A stretch of DNA of 64,000 nucleotides, from NCBI GenBank assembly GCA_965247115.1, contig CBDFGR010000002.1, positions 1 through 64,000 of the forward strand. Reading direction: 5' to 3'. Position 1 is the stretch's first letter, and each line of letters starts with the position of its first letter. The notes under the pieces are model-generated. The model did no database searches. It was not told the DNA's origin and saw only the letters and a list, made by a program, of their open reading frames with translations. The position numbers and the translations under genes were made by a program. Below are positions 19,376 to 28,409 of the stretch, piece after piece. Source of the DNA: Myxococcota bacterium (lineage in GTDB: Bacteria; Myxococcota_A; UBA9160; SZUA-336).

Positions 19376-19840
19376 TCAGACCCGGATGCGGTGGCTTTCG
19401 CGGATGAGCACGGCGAAGACCGTCTGCCGGCTCGCCGCGTCCGGCGCCACCTTGCCGAGGACGCGTTGGTGGCAGTCCAGCACCGACTCGCGTCCCGCCA
19501 CGACCCACTGCCGGCTGTCCACAGCCGCCGCCAGCACCATCGAGACGGCTTGCCGGGTGTCGGCCGCCCGAACCTCGGGTCGGACCACCCACTGACGGCC
19601 ATCCGAGGACCGGGTCACGTTTGCGGTGATCCGCTGTTTGGCATCGCCGCGGATTGAGACCAGTCCGTGGATGCGCGGCTCCAGGTCGCCCTCGAAATGG
19701 ATCGGCCGCGTGACCCATTGCCCGCCGTCGGCGCGTTGATCCAGTTCCCGAATGACCCGGGCGGCGATAGCCGCCTCGATGGACACCGGCGCGACGACGC
19801 GTACCGCCGCGTCCGCCTCCCGCTAGATGCTCGTGCTCAC
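19376..19840 (-). pseudogene. Hypothetical tail-region protein with in-frame TAG at codon 6 (19823-19825)
   Basis: GGGGAG RBS then GTG 19840, in frame with the 19376-19786 ORF: VSTSI*READAAVRVVAPVSIEAA. Confidence 0.5.
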
Positions 19841-19879
19841 GCTTCAGCTCCCCTTGGACGGTCTTCATTCATTGGCCCC

Positions 19880-20473
19880 CTACTCAATCGGGTTCTCGGT
19901 GCCGGTGATCCTGAGCTTCAGGCCGATCTTGTTCTGCACGGCCGTGGAGGCGGGCACGGTGCAGCGCCGCCAGATCGAAGTGGTGTCGTCATGGTCCTTG
20001 TCGCCCACGGTGAGCGACGCGCCCGCTGTGGCCGATTCCAGGCCCGCCTCGGTCAGCGACAGCTTGTACCAATCGCTCTCGTCGCCGCCCGTCTCGTCGA
20101 CCGGCTCGATCACCAGATCGGTGTAGTCGTAGCCGGAGTAGACAACCGCCCCGGAGCTGTGCGCGGCGGCGGTCGTGTTGGCGTGCCCGCGCGTGACGGT
20201 GAGCGTGGTGGTGCCGCCGCCGGAGGTGATCAACATCTGCTCGCTGCCGATGATGATGACCTCGTCGTTGGCGAACCGGGCGGCGGCGAGCGAGACCGAC
20301 GTCGCGCCCGAGGCCAGAGCCGAAGCCAGGGTGGTCTGCTCGTTGGCGAGGAACAGCTCCTTGTCCTTCGCTTCCCCATCCGTGCCGTTGTAGGTGTCAT
20401 TGTCCGGGTTCGAGAGATCGCCCTCGGAGATCTGCTGGGTGAGCGCGCTGTCCTCGTAGAGATGAATGGCCAC
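19880..20473 (-). CDS. Phage structural beta-rich protein
   Basis: AAGGAGG RBS and GTG 20473; TLASAL..GATS...IGSEQM...LTVTRG.NTTAAAHSSG motif seen in virion proteins. Confidence 0.7.
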   Translation of the reverse strand: MAIHLYEDSALTQQISEGDLSNPDNDTYNGTDGEAKDKELFLANEQTTLASALASGATSVSLAAARFANDEVIIIGSEQMLITSGGGTTTLTVTRGHANTTAAAHSSGAVVYSGYDYTDLVIEPVDETGGDESDWYKLSLTEAGLESATAGASLTVGDKDHDDTTSIWRRCTVPASTAVQNKIGLKLRITGTENPIE

Positions 20474-20484
20474 CTGAATCCTCC

Positions 20485-21540
20485 TTAAGCGGGGGCCGGC
20501 CACTGGGTGACGGTGAAGAGATTGGCCGCGGCCGCGAAGCCCGCCCGCGCTTCGGCGTAGTCGTCCTTTTGGCGGAACACGACGGTGCAAGCCGGCGCGG
20601 ATCGATTGAGGCGGGCGCGGTTCAGATCCTGACCGCCCAGTCGGATGAACGTGACGGCCGGGGTCGGCCTCGACCGGGTCTCGACGACGCAGCAGACGGC
20701 GAGCTTGCGCTCGCTGATCCACACGTTCGGCAGCTGCTCGGCGTTGAGGGCGGAACCATTGAGCTGGAATCTCGGATTGCGCCCATGCCAGCGTCGGATC
20801 GACACCCCGGCGCGCGCTACCTCGTGCAGGAGCGTGGTGCCGGCGGTGACCCACCACAGCTCCCAGGTCTTCACGGTGCGCGTCAGGCGATGGCTTCCGT
20901 TCAGGACGTTGTTGCCGACGACGAAGGTCTCGTGCAGATGCCCGAATCCGATGCGCCGCACCCGTTCCTTCGAAAAAACCTGGACCTCAGACTCCATCGA
21001 CAGCAGCAATGCGAGCCACTGCCGGAAGAACACCCGCGTGCCGGCGGGATGATGGAACCGCAAGAGGTCCCGGAGCCCGGGGGTGACCGTGTCGCTTGCG
21101 AGGCGGTACGCGCCAAGGCTGTGGACCCGTCCGGGCAGCTTCGAGCGGCCCACTACCCCGCGGCGATTGAGTCGCAGCGCCTGGCGGAAGGTTTCCTCGA
21201 TACGCCCGCTCCAGCCGTGATCGGCGAGCGCGCGGCCGATGGCCGGGAGCGTCCCCTTGCGCCGATAGATCTCGATGGCCTCGCGGATTTCGCGGCGCTG
21301 GTTCTCGGCGTCGGCTTGTCGGTCGAAGCGGTGCCCGACCACCTCACCCAGGAGCGGCAGAAACCGCGCGTCGCAGCGGTCTACGTCGAACAGGTCGGGA
21401 AAGCGGTCGATGCGTTCCTTGAGTTCGTCGAGCACGGTGGCCGGAATGCCCAAGAACGCTTCGAGGTCGCCGGTCTCGTCGCGTTCCTTGTATAAGGGCG
21501 GCAGCAGCTCGACGAGTTTTTTCTCGAAGTAGGGAGCCAT
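20485..21540 (-). CDS. Phage tail/baseplate protein, P2 gpI-like
   Basis: LLPPLY..D...L.AFL, FLPLLG, YRRKGT, HPAG. Confidence 0.8.
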   Translation of the reverse strand: MAPYFEKKLVELLPPLYKERDETGDLEAFLGIPATVLDELKERIDRFPDLFDVDRCDARFLPLLGEVVGHRFDRQADAENQRREIREAIEIYRRKGTLPAIGRALADHGWSGRIEETFRQALRLNRRGVVGRSKLPGRVHSLGAYRLASDTVTPGLRDLLRFHHPAGTRVFFRQWLALLLSMESEVQVFSKERVRRIGFGHLHETFVVGNNVLNGSHRLTRTVKTWELWWVTAGTTLLHEVARAGVSIRRWHGRNPRFQLNGSALNAEQLPNVWISERKLAVCCVVETRSRPTPAVTFIRLGGQDLNRARLNRSAPACTVVFRQKDDYAEARAGFAAAANLFTVTQWPAPA

Positions 21541-22949
21541 CAGGCGGCCCTCCGGACATCCAGACGGACCTCGCCCAACACGGGAATGGTCGCGGCGCCA
21601 ACCTCGACGTCCTGCGCCGGCGCATAGAGATGCGCGTGGCTCACGCCGCGCACGCCGTCGAGTAGGGCGATCAGGTCCGAGGACGGCACCGCCCGGCCGA
21701 AGTCCATGTGTTCGAAGTCGAAGTAGTCGGCGAGCGCCTGCTCGATCCGGCGGCGCACCAGGTCGAGATCTTCGCCTGAGTAGACGTGGATGTCGGCGTC
21801 AATGGAGACCGGCCGGTAGACCGGCTCGAAAAGGTTGATCTCGATGGTGATGACCTTGCGCGATTCCAGGAACGCGGCGAGGTCGCGTTTCAGCAGCGCC
21901 GAGGGCGGTCCGCCGCCCCGGGGCGCGACCGCCAGGTTGACCTGGTAGTAGCGGATGTTGGCGCAGTCGTTGACGTCCAGCACCTGGGCCTTGGCCACGC
22001 CGGGATAGCCCTCGGCCAGCGCCTTGTAGTCGTCCTTGGTGAGTGCCTTCCAGACCGCGCGCACTTCGGCCGGCGCTTGCCGGCGGGCGTGCTCCACGCT
22101 CTCGTGGTCCGCGCCCCCGGTGGCCGGAACCGGATTGGTAACAGCGACCGCCACCGGTTCGCCGTCCTGGTGGATAGGACCCGAAAGTTCGGTGACGATC
22201 CCGGCGCCGAGATTGCCGCCAGCGCCCAGGGTCTCGAGGTACTCGACACGGATCGCGGCGTCCGCCGTGGGGACTGCGCCGCGCACCCCGTCACCGAAGA
22301 GAATCCGCGTCCGGTCCAGCCCGTCGGTCTCGATCTGAAAGTGTTCGTCCGCGCCGCCGCTGTCCTGGAAGTGCTGGACCTCCCGCCAGGCCTGCCCGCC
22401 GACCAGGACCCGCAGGCTGCCCTGGGCAATCTCGGTCCCGGTGAGCGGGAACGATGCGTTCGGCTCCCCGGCGCCGGTGAAGGCGTCCTCCTTGCGGCGT
22501 CCCTGGCGCGCGTCCACCTCGACGCTCAGCTGGCCCCTGGGGAGGATGGCTTCCTCGACCGTCTCGAATTCCAGGTCCCTGTCGTCCAGACGGGCGCTAG
22601 TCCGCGTCCTCGCGGGAATGACGAGATCGGCCTCGAGGGGTGCGGCCAGGGAGAACCGCAACGTGGTGGTTGCGGCCACCGGAGAATCGAGGCGGTAGCC
22701 GATGAGCTTGCAGAGCTGGATGACGTTCTGGCGCTGCCGGGCCGTCGGCAGGAAAGCCTCCGCCGCCTGGGCGTCCAGGTAATAGGCCAGCATGTCGCCG
22801 ACCCCGCAGAAGAGCTCGAGCAGCACGACGCCCAGGTCGGAGGCGTTGAAGTCCGTCCAGCGGTCCGTCAGCTGCGGCACTCGACCCAGCAGCTCCCGTC
22901 GCAGGGAGTCGTAGTCCTTGTTCGTGTAGGCGATGCTCGCTCGACCCAT
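21540..22949 (-). CDS. Baseplate J/gp47-family wedge protein
   Basis: KDYDSLR, WTDFNASDLGVVLLE, FGDGVRGAVP, GGADHES, DYKALA. Confidence 0.9.
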   Translation of the reverse strand: MGRASIAYTNKDYDSLRRELLGRVPQLTDRWTDFNASDLGVVLLELFCGVGDMLAYYLDAQAAEAFLPTARQRQNVIQLCKLIGYRLDSPVAATTTLRFSLAAPLEADLVIPARTRTSARLDDRDLEFETVEEAILPRGQLSVEVDARQGRRKEDAFTGAGEPNASFPLTGTEIAQGSLRVLVGGQAWREVQHFQDSGGADEHFQIETDGLDRTRILFGDGVRGAVPTADAAIRVEYLETLGAGGNLGAGIVTELSGPIHQDGEPVAVAVTNPVPATGGADHESVEHARRQAPAEVRAVWKALTKDDYKALAEGYPGVAKAQVLDVNDCANIRYYQVNLAVAPRGGGPPSALLKRDLAAFLESRKVITIEINLFEPVYRPVSIDADIHVYSGEDLDLVRRRIEQALADYFDFEHMDFGRAVPSSDLIALLDGVRGVSHAHLYAPAQDVEVGAATIPVLGEVRLDVRRAA

Positions 22950-23034
22950 CTCGTGTTCAACCGCCGGTCTTGGGGTAAACCGAATTCCGGCCAAGGGAAC
23001 CGGGGCTTCCCGGACCGGGTGAAAAAACCCGTTT

Positions 23035-23066
23035 GTTACTTACCGGCGACGACGGTGATTTGTCGG
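23035..23066 (-). promoter_or_regulatory. Bipartite motif copy 1 (CCGACA-N14-CCGGTAAGTAAC), candidate alternative-sigma promoter for baseplate J onward
   Basis: Plus strand GTTACTTACCGG(23035-46)-14 nt-TGTCGG(23061-66); same architecture at 28196-28227. Confidence 0.65.
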
Positions 23067-23506
23067 AGGGCGGGCACTTGGGTCGTGGGCCCCTGCTGCG
23101 GCTCGCGATGGAAGGGATAGATCAGGTTGCCCTCGACCTGGGTCTGAATGACGCGGTAGGCGATGCGAGCCGGCAGCACGTGGCGGTCGATCTCCTGGGG
23201 AGAGGGGTCGAAGGTCACGGCGGTGACGACGACGCGTTTGTCCCACTGCTTGATCGCGTCGACGATGTAATGGCGGATCAAGCCCTTGAGCACCTCGTCG
23301 TTGGCCTCGAAGACCAGAGATTTCAGACGAGAGCCGAATTCTGGACGCATGAAACGCTCGCCCGGGCTGGTGCCGAGAATCTGGACGATGCTCTCGCGGA
23401 TGTGTTCGTGTTCGTTACTGGTGGCCGAGGACACCTGCGCCCCTCCGGAGCGGCCTTCAAAGCGGAAAGGGAACCCCAATCCTTTGCCCAGGATGTCGAG
23501 CGCCAT
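23036..23506 (-). CDS. GPW/gp25-family baseplate protein
   Basis: LGKGLGFPF, IRESIVQILGTSPGERFMRPEFGS, NLIYPF. Confidence 0.9.
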   Translation of the reverse strand: MALDILGKGLGFPFRFEGRSGGAQVSSATSNEHEHIRESIVQILGTSPGERFMRPEFGSRLKSLVFEANDEVLKGLIRHYIVDAIKQWDKRVVVTAVTFDPSPQEIDRHVLPARIAYRVIQTQVEGNLIYPFHREPQQGPTTQVPALRQITVVAGK

Positions 23507-24384
23507 CAGTCGCGCTCCTCGCACAGCAGGGTCGGCGGATCGTCGGGGCCGGCGGCTTGATCCGGCTGGTCTCCTTCGGGAAACCGGATGACGAGGTCGA
23601 GGCCGCTCGCCGTGGTGAGATGGATCGTGCCGTCGGCTTCGACGATCCCCCGGTGCCCGCTTGTCATCGCCGCGAACGCTCTGGCGCCGCCTGGCACCGG
23701 ACGCGCCTCGACCTCCTCGCCGATCCCGTCGATGCGGGTGAGGCCGACGATGTCCACCGTGCCGTCCACATTGCCGATCACGGCCACGCGTTCGCGGTGG
23801 GACACGTCGAGGCGGATGCCGCCCAGCAGCTCCACCCGGTAGCGGCCGTCGGCCACCTCGACCGGATCGATGTCGAACGGGAGTCCCTCGATGCCGGCCG
23901 CTTCATGGGTGACGCGGATCGCCTCGGGCTTCAGGGTCAGTTCCCGGCCGTCGGGCAGATGAACGATGCCGCCACGGGCCGGCTCCAGCGGCACGGCCGC
24001 GCCGTCCTCGCCGATGAAGGTGAGTCCGCCCTCGGCGCTGACCCGGACCATCGCCGCATCGATCAAGGTGAAAAGACGCCCTCCATCTGCCAGATCGCGC
24101 ACCGTGGTGCCCTCCGGCGCGGAGGCGAAGGGATGGAAGTCGGCCGGTGCGGGCTCGTCCATCTGTTGCAGGTAGTCCTGGGCGCTCTCGGCATGGGCAT
24201 CGAGCACCGCCTGGGCTTCGGCGCGGATCGCCTCCGAAGCCTCGTGGCTCTGTTGCAGCAAAGTCTTGATCTCGTCCAGACGGTCGTGGATCTGGCTCAG
24301 ATACGGTGTGTCCTCGGCATCCGTCATGCCGAGACCGGCGGCGAGCAGCTGCACGGCTTCGGTGAATTTCTGCTCAGTTGACAT
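23506..24384 (-). CDS. Hypothetical acidic protein (helical N-terminus, beta-hairpin-rich C-terminus) after PAAR
   Basis: 292-aa ORF overlapping both neighbours; no family recognised. Confidence 0.7.
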   Translation of the reverse strand: MSTEQKFTEAVQLLAAGLGMTDAEDTPYLSQIHDRLDEIKTLLQQSHEASEAIRAEAQAVLDAHAESAQDYLQQMDEPAPADFHPFASAPEGTTVRDLADGGRLFTLIDAAMVRVSAEGGLTFIGEDGAAVPLEPARGGIVHLPDGRELTLKPEAIRVTHEAAGIEGLPFDIDPVEVADGRYRVELLGGIRLDVSHRERVAVIGNVDGTVDIVGLTRIDGIGEEVEARPVPGGARAFAAMTSGHRGIVEADGTIHLTTASGLDLVIRFPEGDQPDQAAGPDDPPTLLCEERD

Positions 24385-24640
24385 GGGTGTCCGGGCTCCC
24401 CGTCACGATGCGGGCGCCGCAGGCCGCCGCATCCCCCACCCGCGCGTTGGGCTTGCCTTCGGTCTCGGTGTCGGGACTGCCGCTGACGATGGGGGTGGTG
24501 CCGTGACCGGGTATCGGGCAGTCGTGCTTGTCGCCCATGCGGGCTGCCGGCTTGCCGTTGACCAGGGTGCGCTCGGCGCCGCTGACGATCACCCCGCCGT
24601 GGTTGGACCGGTCACCGAGCCGGGCTTGCGGTCTCGCCAT
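24374..24640 (-). CDS. PAAR spike-tip protein
   Basis: Three repeats (PQARLGD, PAARMGD, PNARVGD) with H/C metal ligands. Confidence 0.95.
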   Translation of the reverse strand: MARPQARLGDRSNHGGVIVSGAERTLVNGKPAARMGDKHDCPIPGHGTTPIVSGSPDTETEGKPNARVGDAAACGARIVTGSPDTHVN

Positions 24641-24642
24641 CG

Positions 24643-25014
24643 TTAGTTCCCCGCCATGTTATTGATCGCGAAGCTCACGAGACCGCCGACGGCGGCTCCC
24701 AGCGTCAGCACCAGGCCGACCACCTTCCACATGGTCTCGACCCCCATCTTGTCGGCGAGTCCGGACTCCAGGGTCTTGATGTCGTCGGCATGCCGGCGCA
24801 GGTCCTCCTGGACGCTGTGCACCAGCAGTTCCACCGTTTCCTTGTCCGACTTCTTCTCGATCTCGCGCTCGATCTTCTCGAGCCGCGACTGAATCTCGCG
24901 GCGGTGGTCCGCCAGGATGCCGCGGAACTCGCTGCGCCAGGCCTCGAAGGTGCGCACGAGCAATCGCTCGCTCGCCTCCCAGTCAAAGGGTTGCCCTGGA
25001 TTCGACTCAGCCAT
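24643..25014 (-). CDS. Coiled-coil protein with C-terminal membrane anchor
   Basis: Heptad-rich body, then WKVVGLVLTLGAAVGGLVSFAI. Confidence 0.7.
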   Translation of the reverse strand: MAESNPGQPFDWEASERLLVRTFEAWRSEFRGILADHRREIQSRLEKIEREIEKKSDKETVELLVHSVQEDLRRHADDIKTLESGLADKMGVETMWKVVGLVLTLGAAVGGLVSFAINNMAGN

Positions 25015-25064
25015 TTCTCAGACTCCTTATCGACACCCCGCGTCGAGCTCCTTTTGGTTCCAGG

Positions 25065-26108
25065 TCATGGGTTGATCAGCACCTTTTTCGCCGAGCGGAC
25101 GATGACGTTGCCCCGCGCGCCGTCCATGACCAGCCGGCTGCCCGCCGCATCCCGTGCCTCGATGCGATTCTTTGCCGCGTCGAGGATGAGCACCTGGCCG
25201 GCCTTGTCCGTGAGCCGGATCATCTCCGCGCCGGCGGTCGAATCGATGAGGATTTCCTGGGCGCCGCCCAGGCCCCAGAGATGGAGCTTCTCCCGTCCCT
25301 TGGTGGTGTCGAGCAGAATCTTCTGCCAGCGCGAGCGGGTCTTGTCCGAGGACTGGAGGTGGATTTTCTCGCGGTCCTGCCACGCCTCCAACCGCAGGAA
25401 CTGACGACAGAGGTCGGTGATCTCGACCCTTGCGCGCTGGTCCTTGATGTCGGTGGCGATGTCGAGCGCATCGCCCTGTTCGGCGTCGCGGGTCCCGCGG
25501 CGAAGGGCGTTGCCGACCTGAATGTCCCGCTTGACCGGACAGGCCATGTGGATGATCTGCCCAGCGCGGTCGATGATCTTGAGAAACTCCTCCTCGTCGC
25601 GGTCGTCGACGACGATGGTGTGGCCGGTCTCGGTCTTGAGCAGCACCTTGCGCCGCGGGCAGGTGTAGGGCGGATGGCCGTGATACTTCTTGTGTTCGAG
25701 GTCGTCACGGCGGTCGCGGGCGTGCTCGACCTTGTCCTCGCAGTCGTGGCAGGTGGGCTCAAAGCAGAGGCGCTTGGACTCCTCCGGCTGCTCGCCCGGG
25801 TTGCTCCCGGCCAGCCAGACGCCCGCCCAGATCGGATACTGGACCTGTCCGCCCTCGAACTCCGCCCACACCGACGCGCCTTCCTCGGGAATGAGGAACA
25901 TGCCCGTGTCCTCGTTGCCGCCGTAGGGAAAGCAGGGCCAGGCCCAGTCGGACCAGTTGTCGCGGCCCTGGCCGAGCACGGCCGGTATTTCCAGCCGGCA
26001 TCGGCCGAGCCGCTCGGGATCGTTGTTGTCGCGCACAAAGCCCCGGTACTTGCCGTACCAGCGGTGCTTGTAGCGCGCCTCGTGTTCACGGTCCTGGGTC
26101 TCGAGCAC
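25065..26108 (-). CDS. Baseplate spike gpV/gp5-like protein (OB fold plus beta-helix)
   Basis: YGKYRGFVRDNNDPERLGR, PEEGASVWAEFEGG...PIW, KTETGHTIVVDD. Confidence 0.9.
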   Translation of the reverse strand: MLETQDREHEARYKHRWYGKYRGFVRDNNDPERLGRCRLEIPAVLGQGRDNWSDWAWPCFPYGGNEDTGMFLIPEEGASVWAEFEGGQVQYPIWAGVWLAGSNPGEQPEESKRLCFEPTCHDCEDKVEHARDRRDDLEHKKYHGHPPYTCPRRKVLLKTETGHTIVVDDRDEEEFLKIIDRAGQIIHMACPVKRDIQVGNALRRGTRDAEQGDALDIATDIKDQRARVEITDLCRQFLRLEAWQDREKIHLQSSDKTRSRWQKILLDTTKGREKLHLWGLGGAQEILIDSTAGAEMIRLTDKAGQVLILDAAKNRIEARDAAGSRLVMDGARGNVIVRSAKKVLINP

Positions 26109-26124
26109 TACTCGGCCTCGCGGC

Positions 26125-26454
26125 TTACTTCTTGGGCGGCAGCACCCCGCGCAGCACTTCCTGGGCCACGCGGGTCGCCACGCCGATGGTTTTCTTCTTC
26201 GGATCGGCCTTGGACACGGCGTAGTGCAGCGCGTCCTTGGCGCCCGTCTTGAGCTGGCCCTCCCGGGCGGCGATGTCGGTCTTGACCTTCTTGTCGCCGA
26301 CCCGCTCGATGATGCCGATCACCGCGTCGAGCGCGGCCGACTGGGCCCGGCCCCACGAGGTCAGCTTGAGGATCGCGATAAGGCTGACGATGAGTGTCGT
26401 CAGGACCTCGGCGTGATCGAAAAAGAAGGTCAAGGTCTGTTCAAGCAGTTGCAT
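26125..26454 (-). CDS. Small membrane protein, holin-like
   Basis: AGGAG RBS and ATG 26454; TM segment VLTTLIVSLIAILKL; basic C-terminus; overlaps the peptidase gene end. Confidence 0.55.
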   Translation of the reverse strand: MQLLEQTLTFFFDHAEVLTTLIVSLIAILKLTSWGRAQSAALDAVIGIIERVGDKKVKTDIAAREGQLKTGAKDALHYAVSKADPKKKTIGVATRVAQEVLRGVLPPKK

Positions 26455-26874
26455 GTGAGTCTCCTGTCGCTTGTTCGAGGGCTTGGGCGAGCGAGACGTA
26501 TTTCCCGTCGAGTCGACCCCAACGGGCGTGCTCGTCGCGCACGTCCACGTGAATGATTCCGTTGTTCGGATAGATGCGAGCCCGCCGTTTCGGAACGCTT
26601 CCACCTTCTCGGCGAGGCAATACATCTCGACGGGGGTGAGGCCATTGATCACGACGTCGACGGCGTTGCCGAGCAGGTGCTGGCTGCGGCGCTTGCCGCC
26701 TTTGGCCCGGTTGTGATCGGGGCAGCGATACCCGCTCGTGATCCGCACCGGACGGGCGGCCAGATCGCGCAGCTCTTGCAGTGCCTCGACCAGGGCGGGG
26801 TTGATCTCGGCTCGGTCGCAACCGCAGGGGCAGCGGAACTCGTGCGTCGAGAAGTTGCGGCTCAGATCACCCAT
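26441..26874 (-). pseudogene. Peptidase M15A-type endolysin, frameshift near 26578
   Basis: NFS..EF.C.CG, ITSGYRCP.HN..GG...SQHL.G.AVD; continues in another frame as IYPNNGIIHVDVR...ARW. Confidence 0.85.
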
Positions 26875-28150
26875 GGCCGACCCCCTGGAGCTGGCGGCCG
26901 CTGTCGGCATCGATCCGCACCATCGCAGGCGGCTCTTCCCTCGGAACGGCGGGCGCTTCCTGCTCGTTCCGCCGGCCCTGGGCTTCGACCGATTTGTCGC
27001 CGGCGCCACCACCGAGCGCGTTCTTGCGGAGTTTGAGCTCGCAGTGGTATCCGCCCTCGCCGATGACATGGCGGACCGCGTGGCAGTAATAGACGCCGGA
27101 GAATTTCGCGCCGACGCCCTTGATCTCGACGTTCTGCTTAGCCCGGAGCCCCGGGATGCCCATGGTGATGGCCACGGCCTCGACCTGGTGGAGCTCGGCT
27201 GCGGCGAACGTCCCTTCGGCCAGGTCCTGGGCCGGCTCCTGGCGCGGCTCCTCGTGAAAGCCTTCGGAGCGCTCGAAGCTCGGCACAATGCGGCCGGACT
27301 CCTGCTCCTTGTAGGCGGCCTCGCCCGTGTTGCCGTCCACGAGATAAGTGCGTTTGCCGAGCGAGGGCCGCTCGGGCGTGCTCTCGTTGTCGGCCGCATG
27401 CTCGACGGCTGCCTTGCGGCGCGGGTCGACGCCGGCGGCCCGGGTCTGGGTGCCGGCGCCCTTGGCGCCTTGCGATTGAGTGGACGGGCGGAACGAGCGG
27501 AGCACGCCCTGCCGGTCGGTGAAATACTCAAGGACGGTGGCGGGGACTTGTGTCAGCGTACGGGGGTGAAAGTGCAGCCCGTCGTCTTGCACGAAAAAGG
27601 CGTAGCCGGTCACCCCATCGCAATCCCGGTCGCGGGCCTTGGCTGCCAGGTCTTTGAGGAGCCGGGCATCCGAGACGTTGCTCTGCACGACGCGCAGATG
27701 CCGGCCCACCGTGGGCGTCACCACCGGCGTCAGGCCGTTGGCCGCGGCGATCTCCTCGGCGATCTCCGAATAGAGAATGCCGGGCGCGGGCTTCTGCCAG
27801 ACCTTCTGGTTCTCCTTGCCGGCGAGCTGGAAGCCCTTGTCGTAGGCCTTGAGCCGAATCCTCGGGTCACCGTTTTCCGGGAAGTCGTAGTCGATGTCTT
27901 TGATCACCGCCTTCTTGCGCGGCGAGAGGTCGTTCACGTAGCCGAAGCGGGCGACGATCTCGTTGCCCTCCTGGAAGAGCGGATCGTCGACGAACCGCAG
28001 ATGGCGGTTCGTGACGGACAGCTCCATCACGTCGAGCTCCTCCTCGTTGTCCTCGAAGACGAACGAGGTGATCTCGCCGGTGATGTCGGCCGACAGCGCC
28101 TGTCCCTCGATCTGGATCAGGAACGCCGGCTGGAAGGTGTTCAGATCCAT
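26867..28150 (-). CDS. Phage late-control D / gp27-like baseplate hub protein
   Basis: IVARFGY, Q...SDARLLKDLA, G.P.LRA...IKGVGAKFSGVYY...VRH. Confidence 0.88.
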   Translation of the reverse strand: MDLNTFQPAFLIQIEGQALSADITGEITSFVFEDNEEELDVMELSVTNRHLRFVDDPLFQEGNEIVARFGYVNDLSPRKKAVIKDIDYDFPENGDPRIRLKAYDKGFQLAGKENQKVWQKPAPGILYSEIAEEIAAANGLTPVVTPTVGRHLRVVQSNVSDARLLKDLAAKARDRDCDGVTGYAFFVQDDGLHFHPRTLTQVPATVLEYFTDRQGVLRSFRPSTQSQGAKGAGTQTRAAGVDPRRKAAVEHAADNESTPERPSLGKRTYLVDGNTGEAAYKEQESGRIVPSFERSEGFHEEPRQEPAQDLAEGTFAAAELHQVEAVAITMGIPGLRAKQNVEIKGVGAKFSGVYYCHAVRHVIGEGGYHCELKLRKNALGGGAGDKSVEAQGRRNEQEAPAVPREEPPAMVRIDADSGRQLQGVGHG

Positions 28151-28195
28151 TGCGTCCGGTCTCCGCTCGGACCACCCCCTCGGTGGTCTTCAGCG

Positions 28196-28227
28196 GTTAC
28201 TTACCGGCGCGGCGGAAAAGGTGTCGG
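28196..28227 (-). promoter_or_regulatory. Bipartite motif copy 2 (CCGACA-N14-CCGGTAAGTAAC), 45 nt upstream of the gpD-like start
   Basis: Plus strand GTTACTTACCGG(28196-207)-14 nt-TGTCGG(28222-27). Confidence 0.65.
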
Positions 28228-28409
28228 GTCTTCCATGTCCACCGAGAGTCGGAGTGCGGCGATATCGAACAGATGAGCGGATCTGGCGTTCTGCCAGTAG
28301 AATCAGAGGTGTGTTGTGAGGAGGGGAAGATTACCCAGCGCAGGGCCAAGCAGGGCCTCGACTGACATGCCCGGCCGTAGGGCCAGCTCCAGAAGTGAAG
28401 GAGGACCGA

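Noticed and set aside
26125..27531. 468-aa ORF as a peptidase-holin fusion
   Set aside because: Caused by the frameshift at ~26578 and an off-frame extension through gpD; the holin-like gene has its own RBS and ATG.
23036..28150. Type VI secretion system
   Set aside because: PAAR, gpV and gp25 are present but no TssJLM, ClpV, TssBC or Hcp; J, I, fibre and lysis genes indicate phage-tail origin.
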